The translations under genes were made by a program, and so were the position numbers. From Candidatus Cryptobacteroides sp. (GTDB lineage Bacteria > Bacteroidota > Bacteroidia > Bacteroidales > UBA932), in NCBI GenBank assembly GCA_045612265.1, contig JAZKYT010000018.1, positions 2,611 through 66,610 of the forward strand: a stretch of 64,000 bases of DNA. Reading direction: 5' to 3'. Every line of letters begins with the position of its first letter. The stretch's first letter is position 1. The notes under the pieces are model-generated. The model did no database searches, was not told where the DNA came from, and saw only the letters and a program-made list of their open reading frames with translations. Positions 40,031 through 49,592 of the stretch are shown in pieces.

Positions 40031-40229
40031 TAGCCTTACGGCTAAAGACATATAACCATAGCGTTTGCTATTTGTCCGTTTCACGCTGAAACCTAGGAAA
40101 TTTCATTGCATGTGATCAAGAAAGGACAAGTCGTGAGCGTCTGCGTGCATTGTACGCGGGCGTGACTTGCCTCTTGATTGGTTTTCCTAGGACCACAGCG
40201 TGAGCAAGTGATGCTCGCGTTTTTTTTGT
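40031..40229 (+). ncRNA. Structured cis-regulatory leader RNA (candidate riboswitch/attenuator)
   Basis: Two small hairpins, a ~123-nt multi-stem hairpin (40081-40203) and an overlapping intrinsic terminator. Confidence 0.65.
40198..40229 (+). terminator. Leader intrinsic terminator
   Basis: GCGUGAGCA-aguga-UGCUCGCGU followed by a U-run, about 22 nt before the first ATG. Confidence 0.75.
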
Positions 40230-40251
40230 TAACCCTATAAAACCAGACGAC

Positions 40252-40854
40252 ATGAAAAAGTTTTTTGTTATGATGGCAGCAGCCACAATGATTCTTTCAG
40301 GATGCGGCGCTTCTACGCAGGTTGCATCTACTAAAAAAAGTGTAAATCCCGATGGACAGCTTTTAGAAAATAATCCTTGCATCGAATACGCAATGATGAA
40401 GCCTAAGACAAGAGCATATGGTGACGGCACGCATTTCAAGGAATCAACCGCAACTAATATTGCTGAAGCGCAGGCAAGAGGAAAATTCGCCAGAAGAATT
40501 GAGGCTGCTGTATTAAGTGCAACAGAAGAAATCGGCATCAGTCTTGAAAAATACTCAGGTGATGCAATGGGTGGATCAAGCGCTACCGATCAGTCCGCTG
40601 AAGCAAATGATATGGTAAGCAGTATTGCTGCACAGTGTATCAAAAACACTTATATCGTAAAAATATCTCGATATTACACCGAAAATCAGCAATATAAAAT
40701 TTATGTATGCCTCGAATTCGGCGGTAGCGAAGACGAAATGGCGGACCAGATCGTGCAATCGGTTGTTGATAAAATTTCTGAAGCCGATCGAGCAAAAATC
40801 GAAGCTCGCCACGATGATTTCCGCAACAGAGTATACAACAACCTTAAGGACTAA
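40252..40854 (+). CDS. Hypothetical lipoprotein (LPP20-like)
   Basis: Lipobox LSGC; RAYGDG....ATNIAEAQARGKFARRI pattern reminiscent of LPP20 folds. Confidence 0.7.
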   Translation: MKKFFVMMAAATMILSGCGASTQVASTKKSVNPDGQLLENNPCIEYAMMKPKTRAYGDGTHFKESTATNIAEAQARGKFARRIEAAVLSATEEIGISLEKYSGDAMGGSSATDQSAEANDMVSSIAAQCIKNTYIVKISRYYTENQQYKIYVCLEFGGSEDEMADQIVQSVVDKISEADRAKIEARHDDFRNRVYNNLKD

Positions 40855-40859
40855 TCCGG

Positions 40860-41681
40860 ATGAAGAAACTTGCTCTACTATTGATCTTGTGTGCAACGAC
40901 TGGCATGCAATCCTATGGAAAAGGGGAGCTTAAACCTAAATGGTGCGGAAATGTTCCTGCCGCAAACAGCAAGTTTTATTTTGTGGAAGTAACAACGGAT
41001 GCCGCATCTTCGTTGAGCGGTGCCCGCACTTATGTCTTGAAGGACTTGGCCTCTAATGTAGAGAGAACCGACAACGTAAATGTAACGGAGTGCTATGAGG
41101 ATAATTCCAGCCAACAATATAAAGGTGGGCAAGTTGACTTTAGCGGGAGCGACTCATATCAACTCAAATTGAATGTCGAGGGTTCCGCTCAACCCATATT
41201 GTCAAGAAGAATTGATGAGTATTGGGTAGGAACGCAACGAGGTAATATAGATGTGTTGGAATATTCTGCCCTTTATGCTGTTGCAAGAAAGGGAGCAAAA
41301 CCGGACTTTTCTTCTATACGCATCACCTCTTCGTATGGTGTTCACGGTCTGTGGCGTTCAATGATAGTACCCGGCTGGGGACAGATGCACAAAGGATCAT
41401 ATGCCAAAGGTGGTGTCATCCTCGGTGGAACCATTGCTCTTGCCGGCGGAATAATATTCACAGAAAGCATGAGGCAGACTTGCCTGGCTCAAATCAGTCA
41501 GACACATAGCTCGACTGTAATCAAACAACTTTATGCCAATATGAGTAATTGGGCCATTGGCAGAAATGTCTGCATTGGAGCTGCAGCAGCACTCTATGCC
41601 TATAATATAGTAGATGCCATTGTCGCACCCGGTGCCAGACGAGTGGTGGTGACACCAGGATATATGGCTGTCCGCTTTTAA
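40860..41681 (+). CDS. Secreted/membrane protein, LPP20-like N-terminus + DUF5683-like C-terminus
   Basis: Signal peptide; SMIVPGWGQ..KG, hydrophobic helices, LYAYNIVDA; terminal Phe. Confidence 0.65.
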   Translation: MKKLALLLILCATTGMQSYGKGELKPKWCGNVPAANSKFYFVEVTTDAASSLSGARTYVLKDLASNVERTDNVNVTECYEDNSSQQYKGGQVDFSGSDSYQLKLNVEGSAQPILSRRIDEYWVGTQRGNIDVLEYSALYAVARKGAKPDFSSIRITSSYGVHGLWRSMIVPGWGQMHKGSYAKGGVILGGTIALAGGIIFTESMRQTCLAQISQTHSSTVIKQLYANMSNWAIGRNVCIGAAAALYAYNIVDAIVAPGARRVVVTPGYMAVRF

Positions 41682-41685
41682 TATT

Positions 41686-41717
41686 TACCTCATGCCCTTT
41701 GATCGGGGTATGAGGTA
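41686..41717 (+). other. Intergenic stem-loop without U-tract
   Basis: UACCUCAUGCCC / GGGUAUGAGGUA 12-bp stem. Confidence 0.6.
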
Positions 41718-41738
41718 CAACTATAAAATTTATACACT

Positions 41739-44546
41739 ATGAAAAAATCCTTTATCTGCCTACTATTAACAATATTTTATATTGCATCCTGTACTCAACC
41801 GGTGGTGGAAGTATTCGGAAGTATTTCCGGATATGTAGTAGATGAAGACTCAGGAGCCGCTATTGGCGGAGCTCGAGTGACATTGACTCCGACCGGATCA
41901 TCTCAGGTAACATCCACCGATGGCGAGTTTCTTTTTGACAATCTGGACGCACAAGAATATACTTTATCGATCAAGAAAGACGGATATAAAGATCTGTCGC
42001 AGAAAGTTTCCGTTAAGGCTGGCGTAACCTCAAGCGTACAAGTGGCGATGTCACCGATACAGCCTGTGCTTAAAGTGGAGCCTGAAGTACTTGATTTCGG
42101 AGGTGAGGCAACATCACTCGCTTTAGATATTACCAACTCCGGAAAAGGAACGCTTGAGTGGACAATTGACGAAGAGATCAAGTGGATCACATGCAGTGCT
42201 GCCAGCGGAGAAACAACCGACAAAGTCGCCTCTGTCGTCGTGAAGGCATCAAGAGAAGGCATGGAGAAGGGTTCATATACCGAAACCATCGTGATTTCTT
42301 CTAATGGTGGTAGCGCCATAGTAAAAGTAAAGATGTCGGTGGGAAGTGCCATCAAACTTTCTGTAAATCCTGACGAACTGGATTTCGGAACTGCTGAGTC
42401 ACAGATTCAAGTGACAATCATCAATAACGGTGAAAAGGCCGTGCAATATACGGCATCGACAGCAAATAACTGGCTTACACTCGACAAAGCCTCGTCATCA
42501 GTCCATACCACTGATTATATCAATGCTATCGTATCACGTGAAGGACTTGATGCGGGACCATATACCTCATCAATAACACTTTCGACAGACGGCGGTGATA
42601 TCATCATTCCCGTGAAGATGACCGTGGCTCATAAGTGTGCCCCTACTGTTACAGCAGAAAGTGTGGAGGATATCACATATAACTCTGCATTTGTAAACGG
42701 AACAATTGTGGATATCGGAAGCTCCAAAATTACCAGACACGGATTCTGCTATAGTTCATCCAACAAGCAGCCTTCAGTGGATGATAATGTCGCAAATCTC
42801 GGTGATTGCTCTGCGCCAAAGGCATTCAAGGGCGTTATTACTAACCTTGGTAACATGACGACCTACTATGTCCGCGCATTTGCTGAAAATCAGGAAGGAA
42901 TAAGCTACAGCAGCACTCTGTCGTTCACAACAAGCGACCTGCCTAAATTGGCAGAGGTCGAGACCGGAGAAGTGACAGAAATTACGGCAAAGACTGCAGT
43001 GGCAACAGGTGTTATTAAGCATCTCGGCAACATGAGCACACTGACGGCACATGGTCATGTATGGAACACCACAGGCAATCCATCTCTCTCAACAGGAAAT
43101 AGTACTGATCTGGGAGAATGTTCTGAAGCAACCGTATTCACCAGTGAACTGACCGGACTTAAAGGTGGTACAACTTATTATGTCCGCGCATATGCGACCA
43201 ATGAGAAAGGTACCGCTTACGGTGAAGAGGTTACGTTCACCACAAGCGACCTGCGTAAATTGGCAGAGGTCGAGACCGGAGAAGTGACAGAAATTACGGC
43301 ACAGACTGCAGTGACAACAGGTGTAATTAAGCATCTCGGCAATGTGAGCACACTGACAGCACATGGTCATGTATGGAACACCGCAGGCAATCCATCTCTC
43401 TCATCAGGAAATAGTACTGATCTGGGAGAATGTTCTGAAGCAACCGTATTCACCAGTGAGCTGACCGGACTTGAAGGTGGTACAACTTATTATGTTCGCG
43501 CATATGCGACCAATGAGAAAGGTACCGCTTACGGTGAAGAGGTTACGTTCACCACTGAAAAGGCACCAGTAGAGCTTGGAGACATCATTATTTCCGACGT
43601 AACACGCAGTTCTGCCACTGTAACGGCAGAACTTCTGTCTGAAGCAGGACACACAATTGTGGAAAAAGGCTTCTGCTATTATAAAGACGGAACCGAGGAT
43701 TATATGTTTGCGGAAGCGGACAAGAACTTTACTGCCACATTGACCGGCCTGGAAAGCAAGACCAAATATTGGGTATCGGCTTATGTAGTAAACTCTGAAG
43801 ACAAATCTTTCTGGACAGAATATATCTATTCCTTCACAACACTTGAAGGTCCTAAAAATCCAACAAACGGACTGTATGCTTACTATACTTTTGAAAACAA
43901 CACGACAAACACCGTATCGGGTGCTCCGAATGCCTCGGGCATCAATACTTCGTATGTTGATGGAGTACAGGGTGGTATAGCGTTGCAGTTCAGCTCGTCA
44001 AAAAGCAGATTGAATATTTCCGAAGCCATTATAGATAACGGAACATTCTCAACAGCATTCTGGATCAAGGACTGCAGCGATGGACACATATTCAGTGTAA
44101 GGACTTCAGACAGCGATTATGAATATGCTTTTGTATTCAGTATTCGAGACGGAATGTTCACCTTTGTTCCTGGAACCTTCTATTACCATAAATACTATTT
44201 CAGTGATTATGGACTGACGCCTTCATTTGAGCATTCAGACCTGAACGCATCAAAATGGTATCATTTGGCATTGACTTCACAATATAATTCTGTAAGCGGA
44301 AAACTCTCTGTTAAATTCTATGTAGATGGAGAGCCTGTTGATGCCATCACATGCAGCACATATGGTGGACGTGATATCAATAAGGGAGTGAAACTCTTGT
44401 TTGGAGGAACTCTTACAACACAGAATTACATGTTTGACATGTCATTAAACTGGATGAACATGTCACTTGACAACGTGAGAATATACAAAAACAAGGTTCT
44501 TTCTGATGATGAAGTTCAGCAGATCTACGAATACGAGAAACAATGA
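41739..44546 (+). CDS. Large surface lipoprotein: carboxypeptidase-regulatory-like + 2 BACON + 4 FN3-like + LamG/ConA domain
   Basis: Lipobox IASC; GSISGYVVD..SG..I.GARV; LDFG...W; TTYYVRAYA.N..G..YG repeats; GLYAYYTFE, WYHLALT, LDNVRIY. Confidence 0.8.
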   Translation: MKKSFICLLLTIFYIASCTQPVVEVFGSISGYVVDEDSGAAIGGARVTLTPTGSSQVTSTDGEFLFDNLDAQEYTLSIKKDGYKDLSQKVSVKAGVTSSVQVAMSPIQPVLKVEPEVLDFGGEATSLALDITNSGKGTLEWTIDEEIKWITCSAASGETTDKVASVVVKASREGMEKGSYTETIVISSNGGSAIVKVKMSVGSAIKLSVNPDELDFGTAESQIQVTIINNGEKAVQYTASTANNWLTLDKASSSVHTTDYINAIVSREGLDAGPYTSSITLSTDGGDIIIPVKMTVAHKCAPTVTAESVEDITYNSAFVNGTIVDIGSSKITRHGFCYSSSNKQPSVDDNVANLGDCSAPKAFKGVITNLGNMTTYYVRAFAENQEGISYSSTLSFTTSDLPKLAEVETGEVTEITAKTAVATGVIKHLGNMSTLTAHGHVWNTTGNPSLSTGNSTDLGECSEATVFTSELTGLKGGTTYYVRAYATNEKGTAYGEEVTFTTSDLRKLAEVETGEVTEITAQTAVTTGVIKHLGNVSTLTAHGHVWNTAGNPSLSSGNSTDLGECSEATVFTSELTGLEGGTTYYVRAYATNEKGTAYGEEVTFTTEKAPVELGDIIISDVTRSSATVTAELLSEAGHTIVEKGFCYYKDGTEDYMFAEADKNFTATLTGLESKTKYWVSAYVVNSEDKSFWTEYIYSFTTLEGPKNPTNGLYAYYTFENNTTNTVSGAPNASGINTSYVDGVQGGIALQFSSSKSRLNISEAIIDNGTFSTAFWIKDCSDGHIFSVRTSDSDYEYAFVFSIRDGMFTFVPGTFYYHKYYFSDYGLTPSFEHSDLNASKWYHLALTSQYNSVSGKLSVKFYVDGEPVDAITCSTYGGRDINKGVKLLFGGTLTTQNYMFDMSLNWMNMSLDNVRIYKNKVLSDDEVQQIYEYEKQ
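42923..43546 (+). repeat. Tandem 312-bp duplication (FN3-like domain)
   Basis: 42923-43234 vs 43235-43546; 13 mismatches counted by eye (~96% identity). Confidence 0.92.
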
Positions 44547-44568
44547 TGCACATTTAGTTCCAATAAAC

Positions 44569-44606
44569 ATTAAGGGTACACGGAGTTATTTCCATGTACC
44601 CTTAAT
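44569..44606. terminator. Terminator hairpin between convergent cassette and aspS
   Basis: ATTAAGGGTACA...TGTACCCTTAAT perfect 12-bp inverted repeat. Confidence 0.75.
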
Positions 44607-44625
44607 ATTATCCAGTGCTTTTGAA

Positions 44626-46398
44626 TTACTCCTTGCGCTCTGCAGTAGAGTTGAGGAAGAGCTCGTCCATCTGCTCCTGGTCGATGTATGAAGGAGAGTC
44701 GATCATCACGTCGCGACCCTGGTTGTTCTTAGGGAATGCGATGTAGTCACGGATTGTCTCCTGGCCACCGAAGAGTGAACATACGCGGTCGAAACCGAAT
44801 GCAAGACCACCGTGAGGAGGTGCACCGAACTTGAAGGCATTGATGATGAAGCCGAACTTGTACTCTGCATCTTCCTTGCTGATGCCGAGAACCTCGAACA
44901 TACGCTCCTGCATTGTTGCCTCGTGGATACGGATCGATCCACCACCGAGCTCTGTACCATTGAGAACGAAGTCATATGCGTTGGCGCAAACCTTCTCGAG
45001 GTCTTCCTTCTTGTCGCTGTAGAAGAGTTCAAGGTGCTCTGGCTTAGGAGCTGTGAACGGATGGTGCATTGCATAGAAACGCTGGGTCTCGTCATCCCAC
45101 TCCACGAGAGGGAAATCAACCACCCAGAGAGGTGCGAAGTTGAACGGATCACGGAGACCGAGGCGGTTACCCATCTCGATACGGAGTACTCCGAGCATAT
45201 TCTGAGTCTTTCTCTTTGCGCCGCAGAGTACGAGGAGCATATCACCCTTCTTAGCACCAAGACGGTCTGCAACTGCCTGAAGCTGCTCAGGAGTGTAGAA
45301 CTTGTCGATTGAAGACTTGATGCTGCCGTCCTCATTGATCTTGATGTATACAAGACCCTTTGCGCCGACCTGAGGTCTCTTCACCCACTCAGCGAGCTCG
45401 TCGATCTGCTTACGGGTGTAGTTTGCAGTGCCCTCAACGTTGATTGCACCGATATAGTCTACGCTATCGAATACTGAGAATCCGCAGCCCTTCACGAGGT
45501 CTGTGATCTCATGAATCTTCATGTCGAAACGGATATCCGGCTTGTCGCTGCCGTAGAAATCCATTGCGTCGTACCAGCTCATGCGCGGGATACGCTCTGC
45601 AATCTCCACATTGAGTACGTTCTTGAAGAGGGTTCTCATCATTCCCTCGAATGTGCCCAGAACGTCCTCCTGCTCCACGAATGACATCTCGCAGTCGATC
45701 TGAGTGAACTCAGGCTGACGGTCAGCACGGAGGTCCTCGTCACGGAAGCAGCGTACGATCTGGAAGTAGCGGTCGTAACCAGCCACCATGAGAAGCTGCT
45801 TGAATGTCTGAGGAGACTGTGGAAGAGCATAGAACTGACCTGGGTTCATGCGTGATGGAACCACGAAGTCACGTGCTCCCTCAGGAGTTGACTTGATGAG
45901 GTATGGTGTCTCGATCTCAAGGAAGTTCTGAGCGTCGAGATAGTTGCGTACCTCGTGTGCGATCTGGTGACGGATCTTGAGTGCTCTCTGGAGCGGACCT
46001 CTTCTGAGGTCAAGATAACGATACTTGGCTCTGAGCTCCTCACCGCCGTCGCTATCCTCCTCGATTGTGAATGGAGGTGTGTTTGCCTTGTTAAGCACCT
46101 TGATCTCGCTGAGGCTGATCTCAACGTCTCCAGTAGGCATCTTAGGGTTCTTGCTCTGGCGCTCGATGACCTCACCGGTCACCTGAATCACCCACTCACG
46201 ACCAAGTGATGCTGCTGTCTCCACGAGCTCTGCTGCTGCGTGAGCATCCACCACGAGCTGAGTGATGCCATAGCGGTCTCTGAGGTCAACGAAAGTCATA
46301 CCGCCGAGCTTTCTTGACTTCTGTACCCATCCGGCCAAGGTCACTGTCTGACCTACATTTTCAATGCGGAGTTCTCCGCAGGTGTGTGTTCTGTACAT
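44626..46398 (-). CDS. aspS: Aspartate--tRNA ligase
   Basis: [66 protein letters not shown]. Confidence 0.98.
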   Translation of the reverse strand: MYRTHTCGELRIENVGQTVTLAGWVQKSRKLGGMTFVDLRDRYGITQLVVDAHAAAELVETAASLGREWVIQVTGEVIERQSKNPKMPTGDVEISLSEIKVLNKANTPPFTIEEDSDGGEELRAKYRYLDLRRGPLQRALKIRHQIAHEVRNYLDAQNFLEIETPYLIKSTPEGARDFVVPSRMNPGQFYALPQSPQTFKQLLMVAGYDRYFQIVRCFRDEDLRADRQPEFTQIDCEMSFVEQEDVLGTFEGMMRTLFKNVLNVEIAERIPRMSWYDAMDFYGSDKPDIRFDMKIHEITDLVKGCGFSVFDSVDYIGAINVEGTANYTRKQIDELAEWVKRPQVGAKGLVYIKINEDGSIKSSIDKFYTPEQLQAVADRLGAKKGDMLLVLCGAKRKTQNMLGVLRIEMGNRLGLRDPFNFAPLWVVDFPLVEWDDETQRFYAMHHPFTAPKPEHLELFYSDKKEDLEKVCANAYDFVLNGTELGGGSIRIHEATMQERMFEVLGISKEDAEYKFGFIINAFKFGAPPHGGLAFGFDRVCSLFGGQETIRDYIAFPKNNQGRDVMIDSPSYIDQEQMDELFLNSTAERKE

Positions 46399-46432
46399 GT
46401 ATGTATTATTTTATTTTCTTCGTAAAAACTTA

Positions 46433-46469
46433 CAAAAGTACGAAATAAATGATAATTGCGCTACATTTG
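46433..46469. promoter_or_regulatory. Divergent -7 promoter boxes for aspS (46433-46440, -) and DMT gene (46462-46469, +)
   Basis: TACTTTTG and TACATTTG match TAnnTTTG. Confidence 0.6.
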
Positions 46470-46492
46470 CAGCCCTAAAATGACATTTAACC

Positions 46493-47419
46493 ATGTGGCT
46501 TGCGTTAGCATTTGTTTCAGCGATATTCCTCGGACTATACGACACATCAAAAAAGGCATCCTTGAAGGACAACGCCGTACTCCCGGTCCTGTTGCTGAAC
46601 ACTATATTTTCGACTATCATCTTTTTGCCGTTTCTGATTGACTATGTCGGTGGATTCGGCTGGTTTGCAGGTACATTTCTAGACACTGCCCCGGGTACTG
46701 ACTTCTCCGGCCTCACCCGTCCTGCACTGAGGGCACACCTTCTCGTGGTGCTGAAGGCGTTCATCGTGCTGTCGTCATGGATCTGCGGATATTTCGGACT
46801 GAAGCATCTGCCGCTGACCATCGTGGGTCCGATCAATGCCACACGCCCGGTGCTCGTGCTGGTGGGAGCCATGCTGATTTTCGGTGAGAGACTCAACGCT
46901 TATCAGTGGGTCGGAGTCGTGCTGGCCATCGCATCAATCTTTTTGATGAGCCGCGCCGGCAAGAAGGAAAACATTGATTTCAAGCGCAACAAGTGGATCT
47001 GTTGCGTAGGCTTGGCCACCCTGATGGGTGTGATCAGCGGACTATACGACAAGCACATCATGAGGTCACTGAACCCGATGTTCGTACAGAGCTGGTTCAA
47101 CTTCTACCAGATGATCATCATGACCTTCATCTGCGCCTTCCTGTGGTACCCGAAGCGCCACACGACCACCCCATTCACATGGCGTTGGACCATCCTGCTG
47201 ATCTCACTTTTCATCTGCATGGGTGACTTCGCATACTACACTTCACTAAGCGATCCGGACTCACTCATTTCTGTCGTATCATTGGTTCGCCGCAGCTCGG
47301 TAATCATTTCATTTGCATGCGCGGTGATATTCTTCAAGGAGCGCAACCTCAAGGCCAAGATCCTCGACCTGGCCATCCTGCTGGTCGGAATGGCCTTCAT
47401 CTGGATGGGTACCAGATAA
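46493..47419 (+). CDS. DMT/EamA family transporter
   Basis: About 10 TM helices in two EamA repeats; LIFGERL, FFKERNL. Confidence 0.85.
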   Translation: MWLALAFVSAIFLGLYDTSKKASLKDNAVLPVLLLNTIFSTIIFLPFLIDYVGGFGWFAGTFLDTAPGTDFSGLTRPALRAHLLVVLKAFIVLSSWICGYFGLKHLPLTIVGPINATRPVLVLVGAMLIFGERLNAYQWVGVVLAIASIFLMSRAGKKENIDFKRNKWICCVGLATLMGVISGLYDKHIMRSLNPMFVQSWFNFYQMIIMTFICAFLWYPKRHTTTPFTWRWTILLISLFICMGDFAYYTSLSDPDSLISVVSLVRRSSVIISFACAVIFFKERNLKAKILDLAILLVGMAFIWMGTR

Positions 47420-47476
47420 CAATATTGGGAGTTTACCGGAAAGAGGTTATATTTGTAGGAATTTATACGAGAATAT

Positions 47477-48310
47477 ATGGAAGTAAGAGCGAAGAAGGCA
47501 CTTGGCCAGCACTTTTTGACTGATCTGTCGATTGCACAGCGAATTGCAGACGCACTGATCGTACCTTGTCCAGGAACCGACATCCAGAACGACGCCAGCA
47601 ATCCTATGCCGGCACTTGAGGTCGGCCCGGGAATGGGAGTCCTCACACAGTACGTACTCCAGAGACCTGAGGTGGATCTGCGCATGGTGGAAATCGACAC
47701 AGAATCTGTGGAATATCTCCTCATCCATTTCCCGCAGGTAAACGGCAAACTCATTGAAGCTGACTTCCTTAAGCTAAAGCTTGAAAACTTCTTCTCCGAC
47801 AAGTTCTGCGTGATCGGAAACTTCCCATATAATATCTCATCACAGATCTTCTTCAAGATTCTCGACTACAAGGAGCAGGTGCCTCAGGTGGTCTGCATGA
47901 TTCAGAAAGAGGTTGCCGAGCGTATCGCCGAGAAGCCAGGAACCAAGACATATGGCATCCTTTCAGTGCTCCTTCAGGCCTGGTACGACATCGAATATCT
48001 CTTCACCGTGGGCGAAGGCGCATTCAACCCGCCACCAAAAGTAAAGTCGGCTGTCATCAGACTCGTCCGCAACAAGCGAACAGACCTCGGTTGCGATGAG
48101 GCTCTCTTCAAGACTGTCGTTAAGACCGGATTCAACCAGCGCCGCAAGACCCTCCGAAACTCCCTCAAACCGCTCATCCGTGCCAAGGCTGACCGCTGCG
48201 GATGGAACGAGGAACAGCTTGCAGAATTCGTTGCCGACCCGGTATTCGAGCTCCGTCCAGAGCGCCTCAGCGTGGAGGATTTCATCGCACTTACGCTTAA
48301 ACTGGCATAG
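47477..48310 (+). CDS. rsmA: 16S rRNA m6,2A dimethyltransferase
   Basis: [51 protein letters not shown]; -7 box at 47448-47455. Confidence 0.97.
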   Translation: MEVRAKKALGQHFLTDLSIAQRIADALIVPCPGTDIQNDASNPMPALEVGPGMGVLTQYVLQRPEVDLRMVEIDTESVEYLLIHFPQVNGKLIEADFLKLKLENFFSDKFCVIGNFPYNISSQIFFKILDYKEQVPQVVCMIQKEVAERIAEKPGTKTYGILSVLLQAWYDIEYLFTVGEGAFNPPPKVKSAVIRLVRNKRTDLGCDEALFKTVVKTGFNQRRKTLRNSLKPLIRAKADRCGWNEEQLAEFVADPVFELRPERLSVEDFIALTLKLA

Positions 48311-48324
48311 ATAATGCTCCTGTC

Positions 48325-48837
48325 ATGGGCATGAAACACTCATATATATTCAATATCGCAGTTGCTGTTTTCATGCTCTGCATGCCTCTTTACGCCAGTG
48401 CCGGACAAGAGGAAGAAAGCCGTGTATTGGAAGTGCTTGATTCTTATAAGGAAGCCAAGAAACTTGATGGTGCCAAACTGAAGATTGCACGCCCATTTCT
48501 GAAAAGGACTCCGATGGGTGTCATCGTGGATGAGATAAACATGCTGGTGATCTGTCCGATGGATACAACCGGAGTAAAGAAGGACCAGATATCAGCAGAC
48601 AAGGCCCTCAAGACACTCAAGGAATATAATCTGGTCAGGGAGATCGATGATGAAATGTCCACCATGACCATATATATAGATACGCCTCAGGATAACAGAT
48701 TTTCCGAAATTGTGCTATATAACACAAGACCGGAGACATCTGTAATGCTATTCATGGGAGATTTCACAGTGGAATCCCTGATAAAGGTAGGAGAGGCGTC
48801 GGAACAGGAAAGAAAACACCTGAAGAAAAACAAATAA
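48325..48837 (+). CDS. Secreted hypothetical protein (DUF4252-like)
   Basis: Signal peptide; FSEIVL...VMLFMGDFT pattern. Confidence 0.55.
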   Translation: MGMKHSYIFNIAVAVFMLCMPLYASAGQEEESRVLEVLDSYKEAKKLDGAKLKIARPFLKRTPMGVIVDEINMLVICPMDTTGVKKDQISADKALKTLKEYNLVREIDDEMSTMTIYIDTPQDNRFSEIVLYNTRPETSVMLFMGDFTVESLIKVGEASEQERKHLKKNK

Positions 48838-48847
48838 ACTGTAATAT

Positions 48848-49492
48848 ATGAAAGTACTATTGGTAAACGGTAGCCCTCACAAGGAGGGTTGTACATACAC
48901 TGCCTTGAAAGAGGTGGAGAAGGAACTTAACGCAGCTGGAGTCGAGACTGAGATCTTCTGGCTTGGTGTAAAGCCGATTTCAGGTTGCCTTGGCTGCGCA
49001 AAATGTATCAAGAGAGGCCCGAATGGTGAGCCTGCATCGCTTCGCTGCTGCATCGATGACGTGGTCAACGAGTTCCTCGACAAGGCTGAGCAGATGGACG
49101 GCTTCGTATTCGGAAGCCCTGTTCACTATGCAGCCCTCTCCGGAGCCCTCACTTCATTCATGGACCGCGCATTCTATGGTAAGGGCAAGGTCTATCGTTA
49201 CAAACCAGCAGCAGGTATCGTGAGCGCACGTCGCGGAGGTACAACAGCAGCATTCGACCAGATCAACAAGTATTTCACAATTTCGTCAATGCCAGTTGTA
49301 TCGTCAAAGTACTGGAATATGGTTCACGGCAACACGCCTGAGCAGGTCCTCCAGGACGAGGAAGGCATGCAGGTGATGCGCGAACTCGGCCGCAACATGG
49401 CATGGCTCCTCAAATGCATCGAGGCAGGCCGTGCAGCCGGTATCCCTGATCCTGTGAAGGAGAAGCCGGTGATGACCAACTTCATCCGATAA
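48848..49492 (+). CDS. Flavodoxin family / iron-sulfur flavoprotein
   Basis: NGSPHKEGCT, CxxCxxC...C, GSPVHY, RRGG. Confidence 0.88.
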   Translation: MKVLLVNGSPHKEGCTYTALKEVEKELNAAGVETEIFWLGVKPISGCLGCAKCIKRGPNGEPASLRCCIDDVVNEFLDKAEQMDGFVFGSPVHYAALSGALTSFMDRAFYGKGKVYRYKPAAGIVSARRGGTTAAFDQINKYFTISSMPVVSSKYWNMVHGNTPEQVLQDEEGMQVMRELGRNMAWLLKCIEAGRAAGIPDPVKEKPVMTNFIR

Positions 49493-49520
49493 TCCGATTC
49501 TTATCCGGAACAGATAACAA

Positions 49521-49546
49521 AGAGGCGACCCGTTTGGGCCGCCTCT
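49521..49546. terminator. Intrinsic terminator between convergent flavoprotein and EF-G2 genes
   Basis: AGAGGCGACCC-gttt-GGGCCGCCTCT; U-rich tail on minus strand; second hairpin 49561-49576. Confidence 0.75.
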
Positions 49547-49592
49547 GTTCGTATTGTAATCCCCGGACGAACCGGGGTGGATGGTTGACAGA

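Noticed and set aside
40081-40203. Invertible DNA segment or MITE explanation for the leader inverted repeats
   Set aside because: Arms are interrupted by bulges and G-U-type pairs that fit RNA; the promoter lies outside them; no target duplication or recombinase seen. Not fully excluded
40116-40538. 140-aa minus-strand ORF over the leader and first lipoprotein
   Set aside because: Antisense shadow without recognisable features
42923-43546. DGR template/variable repeat pair (7 of 13 differences at copy-1 adenines)
   Set aside because: Differences also occur at C, G and T; copies are adjacent in-frame domains; no reverse transcriptase in the window
39979-44625. Integrative mobile element
   Set aside because: No integrase, transposase, tRNA target or flanking direct repeats detected; described only as an accessory cassette
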